Source of the DNA: Lobosporangium transversale
Lineage: Eukaryota
Reading direction: 5' to 3'
Length of the DNA stretch: 64,000 nt
Assembly: GCF_002105155.1 (NCBI RefSeq)
Contig: NW_019028998.1
Coordinates: 558,001 to 622,000, forward strand
Shown here: positions 1 through 13,799 of the stretch, piece after piece
Layout of the letters: each line of letters opens with the position of its first letter
Numbering within the stretch: the stretch's first letter is position 1
The notes under the pieces: model-generated
What the model saw: the letters and a program-made list of their open reading frames with translations, nothing else
Databases searched by the model: none
What the model was told of the DNA's origin: nothing
Translations under genes and position numbers: made by a program

Positions 1-2477
1 ATTCGGGACTCTGCTCAGTTGGTCTCCACGAACACCAGTACAGCTAGCTCTGATAGCAGCGCCAGTACTAACACGCCTGAGGCTACGATTTCTCGCTCCA
101 ATGATGTAGATATTACCTTTCGTAAGGTAGGCAGTTGATGAAAGAAATATTATTTTTAATTGTTGATAAAAACGCGTTTACATACACACTTGCTTGTGTA
201 CCCTTCACATAAAACTCATATCGGATTTAATTCGTCATTTTAGGCTTTAAAAAATGCCATCTCAACAGAAATTCCTAAGAGACTTACAGTACAAGGAACA
301 ATCCCCGAGTGGTTGACAGGATTCCATTACACATTGAGTCCTGGTATTTTTGAAATCAAGTACCCAAAAATGGTTGTCGTCAATGGAGATCTCCAGCAAG
401 AGACTCGATCTTTTAGTTTTGGTCATTGGTTTGACAAGTAAGCCGTGGAACCCCCTTGTCTTTTTTTTTGCCTTTTTTTTTAATATACCACTTCTTTCAG
501 AGTAAAGCGCCGAAGTATAAAACCTTAACATTGCCTTTTTATATTTATATATAAAAGCATCCCACAAGTCAACCAGTTTGCGTTCTCAGGCTCTGACAAT
601 ACGATCATGTATAGATCTACAAAACCCGCGCATCGTGCTGAAATGAAAATCCGTGAACATCAAGGATATTTGCCTAACCAGCCATCGAGTCTTTTCCAGA
701 CAGGCACCAACCAGAGTGTCTTTGCAAGGCTTTTGTCTACGAATCAATCCCAAGGAAAGCCCAGTCTGGAACCATGTGGAGCCTCCATTGAAGTTTTCCC
801 GCCTTTTAATGCTGATGGCCGTCGTACCATTTATTGCCAAAATTTTGCTAACCATGTAAGCTTAAAAAAACCAACTCGGGATCAATGACCTAGGATACAT
901 AAGCAATGGAGCGTATAAATTCTACGGCCTGGAATATTTCAAGAAGGAAAAGAAAAAAAAGAATTTAATGTACTCTTGACAATAAGATGATTAACCTCGA
1001 TAATATCCTTCATGTCCTATTCATAATCATATTCAGGTTCTTGAGTTAAACACGGATAATTTGGAGAAATGTGGCATTTTGGCTTGGGACGAAGTCAATC
1101 CTCAATTCAAAGGATCACAAGCCTCGCCCCACAGCCATTTTGACCCAGTTACGAAGGAGCTAATCAACTTTACGATGGAGCACGGGTTTCATAACACACA
1201 GTATCATTTCTTTTCTATAACGGAGAAGGAACCACATGGGACACTAATTGCCTCCGTCAACGCAAAGTTAAGCCATGTACATTCGTTCGCAGTTACACCT
1301 CGATATATCATCTTAGTAGTTAGCCCCCTGAATCCATCTGATGGTGGTGTCAAATACTCGTGGGGTGCCTCAATCCTGGACGCATTCTCGTTTAAACGAA
1401 CAGAGCCGACCTATTTCTATATCATATCACGAGTCAAGAGGAGACACATTGCAACCTTCAAGTCTGAGGCATTCTTCTTGTAATACGTGTATTCTATTTC
1501 CCCTGACTATTTATTTTGTTGCTGTATGATTCTTGATTGAAATTTAATGCTGTCTCTCTCTCTCTCTTTTTTTTTTTTTTTTTTTTTTTTAGCCTTCATC
1601 ACGTTAATGCATTTGAAGATGAGGCAGACAATGTCTATCTAGATTTTTCAATGTATGCAGATGATGCAATTGCTCATCAGCTTAGCCTTTCAGCCCTTTT
1701 TAATCCCTCGTCCCCTGCTTTGATCAGACCGGAGCTTTGTCGATTTGAGCTCGCAAATGTGCAAGCAGAGGCGCAGCGACTAGAGGATTATAATGCTGCC
1801 ACAGCAAATACTGGACCTGTTGATAAACTGCGTGGATTCATGCGTCGAGTGAGTATTGGAGGAGCAAACATTAATTATGCCGTACCTGAAAAGAATTCTG
1901 GCGATATACCTCTTGCAACAAGGATTCGGAGCACGCCTGGTGTAGAGTTGCCAAGGATTAACCCTATCTACCATGGATTGGATTACAAGTATACCTGGGG
2001 TATCGGCTTTAAAGAACAAAGCGATGGCGATATGTATGATTGTATCATGAAGCTGCACGTCAAAGGCGATGCCGAGCCCTTGGTCTGGAGCCAGGTAAAC
2101 ATTCCTTTTTTTCTTTTGTTTTCACCTTGTTTTATCCGATATGGTTTCTCACAATAGTCAACTTGGATTATTCTCACTTTTATTAAAATCTTAATAATTA
2201 GAAAAACTGCTTCCCAAGCGAGGCAGTGTTTGTGCCGCCACCAGTATTTGATCAGAACGAGGATGCAGGAGTGTTGGTCAGTGTGGTATATGATGCAGAG
2301 GCGAACGGCTCGTTTCTTTTAATTCTGGATGCCAAGGACCTGGTAGAAAAAGCACGTGCGGTCTTGCCAGAAATAGTCCCATTATCATTTACAAATGGCT
2401 GTTTTGCACCTGGTGATATCAGTAGAGGCATGCAGGAAGCCTCACCTCCTGCTGCCATCAGCGATGATGAGGAATAA
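1..2477 (+). CDS. Carotenoid oxygenase / RPE65-family protein (5' end outside window)
   Basis: Exons <1-126, 244-437, 558-855, 1037-1479, 1593-2094 and 2202-2477 join in frame via GT-AG introns. Motifs: GTIPEWLTG, GHWFD, SPHSHFDP, HVHSFAVT, HHVNAFE, ELPRINP, PSEAVFVP, LLILDAKDLVEKARA. Confidence 0.9.
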
Positions 2478-2803
2478 ATAAACTTGTAGACAATCAAGAG
2501 ACTGCAGTCATGTGTCTTATCGCACCTTTCCAGATCTTTTTCCTGACGTCTCCTTAATATAGCTCATTTTACTACTCACATCATTCTTACACATCAGAAG
2601 ATTTAATTCGATAGATGTACTTATGAAGATATCCTAAGATAAGATGCTTTCCGAAGTCTATTTTAGATCTATGTTTAAATTGCAGTAGCCGTTTTTGGTG
2701 ATAGTGATGATCACATTGATGGCGATGGTGTTGGGGTTGATTGTTGTCTTGGCTACTGTTTTCTGACTCTATAGGCCTTGATTAACACTCCACTACCCCT
2801 TTT

Positions 2804-4367
2804 TCAAACATCGACATTACTGTTGGCATTGGTGTCAACATGTGCATGTGCAACCTTGGCAAACTCGCCGAAACTCTGAATAATATAGGTAGGCTTAATA
2901 GACTGCTGTGGATCAAGGGCCTCCTGTTCTGTGTTGACACCTGTGAGGACCATCAATGTCGCAATGTCACCCTGAACACCGAAATCAATATCTGTATCGA
3001 GCCGATCACCAACCATGCAAGTCCTCTTGGGATCTGTGTGATAACTTTTTTTTTTTAGAGATATTAAAATATAGTAAGTTAGTCATGATTCGCTGCGCAA
3101 ATCCACAGAAAATAGTTATGCATAGTAATATATACTCCTTGGATGCTAGATAAGGTTTGACCTGAAATGAATGAACGAATGAAAAAAAAAATAAAAATAA
3201 AAATAAAAAAAAATACATACTTTGAAAAAAAGCAATCCAGCATGGGCTTGTTGGGTTTACCCATGACGAGAGGTTTGCGCTTCAAAGCATGGATTAATGG
3301 TTGGGCCAAAGAACCCGTTCCTGGGAAGATTCCATTCGGGGCAGGAAAGGTTGAGTCATCATTAGTCAAGATAAAATGAACATTATTCTGACCATCTTGA
3401 CCCTTGTTGCTGAGGTATGTGTATGCCTTTGCAAGCTTGCGATAACTCAGATTAATGTCGAATCCGCAAACGACTGCACCAATGCTGGGATCTTGCTCGA
3501 TCAAAGCGAAATCCTGATGAGTCATTGGGCCTCCATTTTCATCCTGTATAAGTTTTTTTTTTTTTTTTTTTTTTTATAGTAATAAAAAGTAAATATGCGT
3601 TGGGTATTGATTAGTAACGCAAAGTATATACATATACATGATAATAGCACAATAAGACTTTGGGAACGGGCGTCAATGTTCTTTTTCTTTATCGCCATTG
3701 TAATTTGAGTTAAGCTGGAATGAATAGATAGCCGGACACTTACAGAGGCACCTGTACATTCGATTCCGACTTCCTTGAGTTCATCCACAATGCCGCCCTC
3801 GCCGATCACATAGACACGTTTGTCCTTTGGGAACTCCAATATGTTTTTCAGATAGACCGCTGTTGCGTATGCGGAGGTGAAAATATCCTTCTCAGAAGCC
3901 TCGATCCCAAGCTTCTGAAACTTTTTCACATAGTTAGTGCGAGATAATGTGCTGTTGTTGGTGACAAAGACGAGTTTCTTTCCTTGAAGTTAGATGATTG
4001 TATATGTAATATAACGTCAGTCACTATTCTCTTGTCATTGCTTGGTGACCAGTCCATATTTATGATAAACACACATACCATGTTTGCGAAGGAAATTGAT
4101 TGTATCCAAAACACTGTCTAAGACTTGACTGCCATGCCAAATGACACCTAGAACGAATATCGAGCAGAGATAAAAAATAAAAATAAAAAAAGGTTATCGG
4201 TTATCATCGATATTCTTTATTCGTTGGTTAAAAGAAAAAAGGGGAGGCTTTGCGAGGATATTAATATTACCATCGCAGTCGAGTAAAAACGTATCAAAAT
4301 TGTCGAGGAAAGTCTTGTATTCCTCAACGGCTGTCAATTTTTTAGGAGTGGTTTCTGAAGTGACCAT
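2804..4367 (-). CDS. PHO13: HAD-IIA phosphatase (4-nitrophenylphosphatase / phosphoglycolate phosphatase)
   Basis: Multi-exon. Motifs: FLLDCDGVIW, FVTNNS, LTNDDSTFP, GKPNKPM, MVGDRLDTDIDFG, VLTGV. Confidence 0.9.
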
Positions 4368-4670
4368 AATGAATGTGAATGAATGAATGTGGGTTGAAAC
4401 GAGTGATGAGTATGGTAGGAGAGGTCTTTTTTTTTTAACAAATGACGACATGTGAAACAAAAAGTTGGTGGCACAGTGTCAAGTGTCAGTCACTGGAATA
4501 ATCACTTATCTGAGGGCACTCTTTGTTCGATTAGATTGATACACAAGTATAGAACATTTCACCCATAGTTTTCTGCTCCATCCTAAAAAAAAAAAAAAAA
4601 AAAAAAACAATTCAGCCTCCATTCTTCGCATTCACTTGTCATTATCATTACGACCAAACAAACTTTCATA

Positions 4671-5049
4671 ATGTAATTAAAGCTCCTCTCTCTTTATTGT
4701 TACTGTAGGCTGGATCCAGCATTAGGCATCATGCTTAGTGTCCCTTATAGTCACAGTCAATATTTATTATAACCTTTTGTCTTTTTTTTTTTTTTTTTTT
4801 TTTCCTATCAGGTGCTGGCGTGTCCACGATAAGTACTTGTGTTCGAGTGACAAGAAACACTTTGAAGAGTTTCATGTATATTACCAAAAGTGCAACTCAT
4901 GTCCACATGATCGTGCTCACTGTGGTACCCTGATCGTCGAACGTGAAGCCTCCAAACTCTTCCCATGGAGGTGCAACGTTTGTGCCCAAAAGGAGTTTTT
5001 AGATAAGACTGGACGCTACAAATCTGAAGGTACAATTTTTGCTGCATAA
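4671..5049 (+). CDS. Small Cys/His-rich protein (79 aa), start codon split by an intron
   Basis: AT(4671-4672) | gtaatt...poly-T...cctatcag | G TGC TGG (from 4812) gives MCWRVHDKYLC...KCNSCPH...HCG...RCNVC...FAA*. Confidence 0.6.
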
Positions 5050-5954
5050 TTGAATGCAAGTAAACCCATTGAACCTTTTAGAATCAATTGTGTTTATTGA
5101 CTTCAATTTATTTTATGTTGCAACTATAGACTTCTCTCGATGGTAGAAAGCTTCGATCTGTTTCCCTCCAGCAAACATATCCCTACCCATCCAACATAGT
5201 TCGACACCATCGATTCTCGCCTGTAATAATAAAATTCCAGAACTCATAATTTACATACTTTACAATGCGTTTACTAGGACGCTCATAATCATCCTCCCTT
5301 GAGAATAGAGTCACAGATTCAATCAACCAACATCAGAGTTGTGGTTTGAGAAGGCGACACTGAGAAACAGAATATTCTCTCGGATATCCTGGTGTCAAGT
5401 GGATGCGCAACCTCAGAAGAAGCAACATCATCTTCATTGTGTCCACACTACCTTTACTCATGGCTCTACTTTCCCATTGGGTTTCTTGAGTAAGAAGGAT
5501 AAAATAATGAAAATAGAATGCCAGAGAGGGATGATGTGCTGAAATTTGAAAGAATGGCTATCGATTGTCATCTCAACTTATTGTTTAGTATTATTACAAA
5601 CTCCTCCAAGTTCTTAACTTTAGGCACGAATTGGCAATGGTGAATAAAATATCAACAAACTGAATCGGGAGATCATAGAAAAGATCTTGTTCAATCTGAG
5701 CTCAAATTGTATATAACCAAAATAAAAAAAAATGACCAAGATAAAATGATTGATATTCTGAATATTTTGTACGACAGACTTTGCCTTTGATCTATCAATA
5801 TCCTATAAACGAAACTATCGATGGCGTTATCTTTTTCTTCATTTTGTCAGTTTATTTTAAGTGAATAAGGTGGTAATAGAGATAAAGTAATGCCAGGCGA
5901 TGGACACTCCATCTATCGTCCTCTCGCTTTTTCCAAACGTCCTTTGCTTCCTCT

Positions 5955-6064
5955 TTAAGCATCAACTGCATCCCTGCCAACCAATTCCTTGCCCATCTTC
6001 TTATCCAATCTGCAAGCGGAATTTGATTGTATCATAGCCAGATCGACTTTGTGTCCCAGAAGCT

Positions 6065-6097
<33 letters not shown>

Positions 6098-7031
6098 CCA
6101 TATCAGATAACATCTCATAGATGCTACGACCCGTGAAGAAAAAAAAAAAAAAAAAAAAAAAGTCAAGTCATAGCAGCCCTTACCTCGCGGATGTTGTCCA
6201 AGCCATACTTGATCATGGTTGGACGCTCCAACCCAAGACCCCAGGCAATCACACGGACATCAGGGTCCAATCCCATGGCTTCTAACATCTCTGGACGGAA
6301 CATGCCCGAGTTACCAAGCTCAACCCACTTTTCAAGACCAGGGTGCCAAGAGAAAATTTCCATACTTGGCTCGGTATAGGGATTGAAAGCAGGTTTGAAC
6401 TTGATGTTGGGTACACCCATCTTCTCAAAGAAGACCTCCATGAATCCAATCAGGTCTCCTAAAGTCAGGTTCTTATCTGCGATGACTCCTTCAACTTGGT
6501 GGAACTCTGCTAGATGTGTGGCGTCGACAGTTTCATTACGGTATACACGGTCGATAGAGAAGAACTTTGCAGGCCTGAACTTGCCATTGGCTTTGGCTTC
6601 CTGAGCGAGACGGTAAAGCATGTTGGATGAGACCGATGTGGTGTGAGTACGAAGAATCAGCTTTTCAGCTTCTTCGATCTTCCAATCATATCCATATCCA
6701 ATCGAGCCATATCCACCATGAGAATGAACTTCCTTAACACGGTTCACGTACTCCATATCCGGGAAGTTGGAGGAGGTAGCTGGATCTTTAAAAAAAATGT
6801 CATAATTATGTCAATATTCCAAATAAAAATAGATAAGACTTTCAATATAATCCATCAAGTAGTCCAAAGCAATTGTGAGAACACGGATATTTCAGACATA
6901 CCGAGAAGGAAGAAAGTATCGTGAGCATCACGAGCGGGATGTTGCTGAGGCTGGAAGAGAGCATCAAAATTCCAGAATGAAGACTCAACATATTTGTTTG
7001 TAGGCATCTCTTCAAATCTATCACAGAATTT

Positions 7032-7066
<35 letters not shown>

Positions 7067-8369
7067 AGGCCAATTGTATCCATTGCCACAGCCATTATAA
7101 AAAGGGCTTACTTGTTCATAATGAAATCGAACCATCGCATAAATAAAAGAAATCAGTTAGCTTGACAAAGACATACCCAAGCTCGAAGAAAATTTTGCGG
7201 AATTCCTCACGAACTTTCATGAGGGGGTGAAGGTGGCCTCCCTCTGGAGGGTTTCCTGCAAAATTATACTTTTTGAAAGTCTGAGTCTTCCATGATCCAT
7301 CAGCCAACATCTCAGCGGTCAGATCGGTAGCCTGCTTCTCAATGGTCAACGAGAATTTGGGTCCTTTAGCAACCTTATACGAAACAAGCTTGCTATTGTT
7401 GGTTGCAAATTCAATGAATAGTCAGTTGGAAACTGCTTGTGTTTATGGATGTTATGCTTTCTCAACTAGATTTTCCCGTATTTTTTCATAGACACTTACA
7501 CCTTCTCAATAAGCTTACGGGACTGAAGATCCTTCAGAATAGCAGGATTAGTGTGAGTACCAGTCTTTCGAATCTCAAGAACGTCCAACTGCGCCTGGTC
7601 AACGATAGACTCGACCTAATGGCGATAAAAATAAAGGAAAGAGAGGGGATTAAGATCCGCTTATATGAATTCGCTAATATTCATGATAGCTCTGTATTCA
7701 AGGAAAAGTTCTTTTAAACTTGATGGTGTACCTCACGAATAAGCTTGTCGCCATCCTTCTTTATCCACTTGTTCTTGAAAGCCTTTCCTTGACCAATCTT
7801 TGCAGATGGACCGAGTTGCTTCTACAAGAGCCCAACCCGAATTTCATACAAAGTGTTTATGGTTAATTGTCAGCATCTTCTTGCGCGGATCAGGCAATCC
7901 TGCGATAAAGAGCATAGTGTATAGGCGCCCTATGAGTAATTGAACAATTTTTCCTGTCTTACGGCTAGTTCAGCGATTGAAATTCCATTGGTTGAATCGA
8001 CAGCGTTGAAGACCTTGGCTTCGTGGCTTCCAGAATCAGCGATTTCGTTACCCTCGGTAGTCAAGTTGTAGTGATCCTTCTCAATGGTGGTGTATGTGAG
8101 CATCTATTGATTCACAGAACAGACGGAGGTAATTGTCAATCTTGGTGCATTTTACACTCATTAACATTAGTTTCCAAGGTATAGTCTGGTGAATGCAGTC
8201 TTGAATGTATGTGTACCTCCTTGCTAGTAAGCGAGTTCAAGACACCCACGACAGCGCGGTAAGGGTAGGTTACTCCATTGCTGTCCTTGAGTGATTCTGT
8301 GTTTTCAATACCGCCCTGCTTGTCAAGGGTAGTGAGGACAAGTGTCTGGATTTCCTCGGAAGATGCCAT
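5955..8369 (-). CDS. FRS2: Phenylalanyl-tRNA synthetase alpha subunit, cytosolic
   Basis: Multi-exon. Motifs: [75 protein letters not shown]. Last exon LLGHKVDL...DAVDA*. Confidence 0.97.
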
Positions 8370-9761
8370 GGCTGCGTTTCTTCGTGAAGTGGAGAAGAGA
8401 ACAGAAATGCAAGTGGATGACAGTGTATTGTTATTCTGTTTTGTGACTTGGAGGGGATCAAACAACAGCCAATCAAAGCAGTGACTCAGAGAGGATTCAC
8501 CTGTTCCTTACTTCTGTGCCACCAGAACTACAGAGGCACGTTTTTTTCAGCGGTGGTATCTCGTATGTCGTCAATTCATATACTCTTCTTACAATAGCCT
8601 CTGTCCAAAATGATGGTGTCGCCAAGTCATGCATCTGGAATTTAGAATACAGTCAGACCGCATGCTTCCCAGTCTGTAGTGACATTGATAAAGGATAAAT
8701 GTTCAACCACGCCACGAAAACTCCCTCGGACAGCGATAAACCCTGATTGAAGCGATGCACAGCATTTTGTTATTTTTCAAGTTGACGTTTAGAAAATTTT
8801 GTACAAAAACAGATAAAACGTGGTTTGATGGAGAGATCCATCTCCTGAGAGTGGGTCCGTGATCAAGTGTAGAATCACAATAAACTGGGATGCACGGCGT
8901 CTTAAAGTGACATATCTGTCTGTGGCTCTTCAAAACAATCCATCCTAGGAAGACGTTGTTGTCCTTGCTTCACACCATTGTTTGTAGTATTTTTAATGAT
9001 TCAGATTATTAAGACCTTCTGTTGGACATACGCGTATTATGAGAATGGCTTATGTAAAATCAGTACTGAAATAAATGAACCATTCTAATGAACCACTAGC
9101 CTATGCCTCCTTGCATACTCTTTCGTCCAACTCCTGTGGAGATGGGGATGAACAACGCACTTGAATTAGAGACGGGCAGCAAATACGAGCTGTAAGGGGT
9201 TGCGGGGAAGAGACCTTAATTGCACAAATGCAATTGTAGGCATGCGCACAAAATGTACGAGGTATTTATGAAGACAAAAGGCAGTTTCACTATTCACAGG
9301 AACTCACCCGTGATTGCCCGAAACAATAGGCACGCTATCGTGGGTATTTTGAGGTGAAGCATCATGGAGCATAAAACAATGTTTATATTTTCGTTGAGCA
9401 AGTCCTCTTCAAGTAAATCGTATTAAGAAAAAAAATGTGTTGCTCTTGCCGCCATTGTTCGTAATTGTCGTCGTACACATAATCAAAACGGGAGGCTCGG
9501 CGGGGTCGGACGACACTGCCTGCAAGAATGGCGAGCTACCCAATCAGATCGAGCCCGATAGCGTCAATGACAAATGACAGAGTTCAGTGATATTTTACGG
9601 TAAAAAAAAACGTCCCTGGATCTTTATTCGAGGAAAGTTTTAAACAGTACTTCTTTCTTATCCTCTGCTTCTTCTCCTTTTCTTCTCCTTTTCTTCTTTA
9701 CTCTCCTCAATCCTCGTGTTCAACCATCTTTTCACCTCTTTCCACTCTTTGATATCCCACA

Positions 9762-11451
9762 ATGTCTGCTGAACTCGCTGAAGCTGAAATTGTCCAGGGG
9801 GTCGTCCCTCAAACCTCTGCTGTCAAGTCCTTCTTGTCTGGAGGATTCGGTGGCATGGCCTCCGTTCTGGTTGGTCACCCTTTCGACTTGGCCAAGGTAA
9901 AAAAATAAAAACTATCCAGATTCAACGCATGGAATGAATACTATTAGACCATGGATGCAGATTGAATATAATAAGAGATCAAAGCCCGAATACGAAAATG
10001 TGGAGTTCGAAGCAATAGTCCGACGGCTGGAAATTGATTCATGTCAGATGAAGTGAGAGAATGAAAGAATCATGCTAATTGCGGTTTATGGAATTCATAA
10101 AGACACCTGATCATGACCTTGGTCCTCACCGGGCCACAGAACAACCAGCTCTAGTCTGCTTAAAGGAACAGCTATGCTAGAACTGTTTTATTTTATTTTA
10201 TTTTTTTTATTTTTCCTCACATTCGTATGTTTCGGTGGAGTAAAAAAAAAGACCCTCCCATTCTCGATCAAACCAAATATCTAACAGTACAGACATTTTT
10301 TTATCAATGATGATGAGAATAGGTCCGCATCCAAACTAGTCCTAATGGTATGTACACTGGAACACTCGATGTGTTTAAGAAGACCTTCAAGGCCGATGGT
10401 TTCCGTGGTCTTTACCGCGGTATGTCCACTCCCTTTCTCGGAGTGACGCCCATCTTTGCGGTTTCCTTCTGGGCGTATGATTTGGGCAAGAAGGTTGTCT
10501 ACTCCGTCACCCCTGGTCGCGCCAGCGAGGAACTGAATATACTCGAGTATGCTTTTGCTGGTTTCTTTTCTGCCGGTCCAACTACCTTGTTGATGTCTCC
10601 TACTGAGCGTATCAAAGTACTTCTTCAGGTAAGCAGGGTGATTTGTGATTGTAAAGCGACTCTCACGTGTGTGGCGACTTTATTTTTTGTGATCATGAAC
10701 TTCGGATCAATTTCCATCTCATGATATTTACTCATCCCAAGACAACAATCTAATGTCACATAACAATTATTTTTTAACTGATGATATAGACTCAAGGTTC
10801 TGGTGCTAACAAGCTTTACAATGGACCCGTTGATGTTGTCCGTGCCTTGTACAAGGAAGGTGGTCTGGCCTCGATCTTCCGTGGAACTGGTGCTACCTTC
10901 CTCCGTGATGGTCCAGGATCAGCTGCCTACTTTGTTGCTTACGAATTAGTCAAGAAGGCCCTCATTCCTGAGGGCGGCAAGGCTTCTGACCTTAACCCTC
11001 TTTCTGTCTTGTTCGCTGGTGGTATGCTTTCTTTTCCCCTTCGTGTATCTTCAACAATATCATTGTCACAATCAAACACGATCACCGAATAATTTTTTTT
11101 TTTTTTTTTTTTTTTTTTTGAATAGGTATGGCCGGTGTTGCCATGTGGACCATTGCCATTCCTCCAGATGTGCTCAAGTCTCGCTACCAGTCTGCCCCAG
11201 CTGGTACCTACAAGGGCACAATGGATGTCCTTCGTGTTCTCCTGAAGAACGAGGGCCCTCAGGCACTGTTCAAGGGTCTGGGTCCTGCCTTGCTTCGTGC
11301 CTTCCCTGCCAATGCTGCGTAAGTGTCATTACTTTGTTTTTTTTTTTGAAACTTGATATTGTCAGCTGACTTTTTTTTTTTTTTTTTTTTTTTTTGTAGT
11401 ACTTTCCTAGGAGTTGAGTACAGTTTGCGAGCTATGAACTACCTCTGGTAA
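9762..11451 (+). CDS. CRC1: Mitochondrial carnitine/acylcarnitine carrier (SLC25A20-like)
   Basis: Five exons. Three carrier signatures (HPFDLAKVR, PTERIKVL, PPDVLKSR) plus family motifs RDGPGSAAYF and RAFPANAATF. Confidence 0.93.
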
Positions 11452-12820
11452 CTTCTGGAGCTGCTTCTGAAAGACATGCTCGAGATTGGCGTTAGATGAA
11501 AATTTGTAAACATCCTAGTTACTTTTTCTTATGGTACACCTTCAACGACGACCCTCCAAACCTGGCTCTATTTTTTATCCATATCCATCATATAGAAACA
11601 ATCTATCACCCTTTCTCTTCCTCTTGTAAAATAAAATCTGAAATCCTAAAGTCAACATTTATTTTCCGTTGAGCAAAATGTGCCATAAACGTGTAATTGC
11701 TCTGTTCTGAGCATAAAGATAAGGAGGAGGAAAAAGGCAGAGGTTGGGTAGGTGCGTTGATAGTGCAACGATGTTATGCAAACCATCGAAGTTCATGTGC
11801 AAATTTCCCATAAAATTAATCGCAAAGTATGAATGGATGTTCAACCGAGGATAAAATGCGCAGGTCGAAAAAAAGTGAGAGCGAAGAGCAAAGGAGAAGA
11901 GCTCACTTTCTTGCTTCTCTTTCTACTTTTATTTACTTTCACTTCCGCTTCCATCACTTCTATTTCTTCTTCTATTTCACTTCATTGCCTCAACTTCTCT
12001 ACTTTCATCATAATTCTTTAATTCATTTGCATTATTCTCATCACACAGCACTTTCTCATTCCCTTTTCATCTTACTCTCTTCTCTCCTTTCCCTCCATTT
12101 CTACTTGTCAAAGGTAGGATTCTCTCTTTCAACAAATCGGCATTTCAAACTGGCACTCCAATCATCCATGTTTTTTTTTTTCTATCGCTTTCCATGTCCT
12201 TTCTTCAACCACCAGCGCATTTGCCTTGGACCAAACACCTTACTCATCACGCGCCTTTCATCTAAATTTATTCATGTACACATTCACAAAAAACATGTGC
12301 ATCGCCTTGACCAATCCATGTTAAGCAACTAAAACTGAACCACATGCCATTCATCGACTTTTGTTGAATATTAAATTTAGTCTTCAATGTCGTTATCAAA
12401 AAAAAAAATAAGAATTTCACTCTTCCAGAGTACTTACTTTCACCGTCTTTTTTTTAAAAAATATCTTTCTTGCATTGATACCAATCAATGGATATTATGT
12501 AGTGCATATAATTTTTCTTGAGTCTTCGAGAAAATGTAGGAGAGAGAGAGAGAAAGAGAAATATAGAAAGTTCTATGTTGTTCAATTGTTTGCATATATG
12601 TAGTTGACTGCAACTAACGTTTTTCTATTCTTTAATTTGCTTTGAAATAGCATCAAAATCATACACGGCTTTTTATTACCTTGATCACTACGCGGATACA
12701 TTGTAAACATATAAATACATCAGCATACATATACATTTTTTATTTATCTTCAGTCCAAACACTGCTCTATTATCCGTCACCCACATCCACATATCAAAAA
12801 CATATCGTTTATCAACCATC

Positions 12821-13620
12821 ATGCCTACAGAAATGCGATTGCAGCGACAGCTGGATCACAACAAGCGACTTCGCGAACAATATGAGCTCGAGCGTATCTC
12901 CGTATCACAAGCTAGCGCCCTGTAAGTCAATCATCCATCCATCTTTCATATAGTACATGCTATGCCATGTCGTCTTGTTTGTTTTGTTATTATTTGGCAT
13001 TTGAACTTTCTTTTTTATTATTATTATTGTGTCGCATGCCCATATGCCTATATGATTCAAAGTAATAATATATGCAGAAAGAAAAAAAGGTTGGGCAAAA
13101 AGACAAGTGCCACAAGAAATAGGGAAATAGGAGGGCACCAAAATGGGCTGTTGAGCTGAATGATGGGATGAGGTAAAAGAGTGAGCAGACACATGCAGCG
13201 CCATATTGGATTGGGAAAATCTGCACGTTGAAATACATGGTTGCACGAATCGAATTGAGGATAGGATTGACTCGTTAATATGCAAAAAGACAATAAGAGC
13301 ATGAAGGGACTCTTCCGTCATTTGACCTACTGAATCTCGTCCAGGTCCTTCCTATTTCCCCTTTTCACTTTGGCAATATTTTCTATCCAATACCGCTCCT
13401 TCGAAGGGCTTTAGAGGTCCTGCAATATCCAATTATGCCACACACCCCTGAAAAAACCATGAAGCTGATTCCTCTTTCTGTGAAACGTTTCAGAGCATAT
13501 TATGCCTTACAATTATACTCATTCTGCTTTGAACCTTTCTTGAACACATGCAGTTGTCTATGCATTTTTTCCTTGCGCCATTTATCGCTTTGCGATCTAA
13601 CTCAACTGACCTTTTTTTTT

Positions 13621-13651
<31 letters not shown>

Positions 13652-13799
13652 ATATATAATATTATTGTTTTTAAATAATAGTCTGATCAAGTATTGCATG
13701 TCAACTCGTGATGTGTTTGTAACACAAGTCTGGGGAGAGCTGGATAAAAGTGAGGATCCATTCATGGCCCAGCCCAAAGGTTGCTGCACATTGATGTAG
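12821..13799 (+). CDS. Heterotrimeric G-protein gamma subunit (72 aa)
   Basis: Exons 12821-12921 and 13682-13799 give MPTEMRLQRQLDHNKRLREQYELERISVSQASALLIKYCMSTRDVFVTQVWGELDKSEDPFMAQPKGCCTLM*. GGL-type pattern and a C-terminal CCaaX. Absent from the ORF track. Confidence 0.92.

Noticed and set aside
3137..3170. Alternative TTTCAG acceptor in a PHO13 intron giving ...KSNLI* (cryptic PTS1 or poison exon?)
   Set aside because: The product does not end in a PTS1, lacks the last HAD motif and has no good upstream branch site.
5355..5495. Two possible hairpins with an ANANNA between them (H/ACA RNA?)
   Set aside because: Short stems, no 3' ACA box; compatible with chance.
11829..12332. 167-aa ORF upstream of G-gamma
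   Set aside because: Low-complexity F/H/S/L composition from a pyrimidine-rich 5'-UTR and intron.
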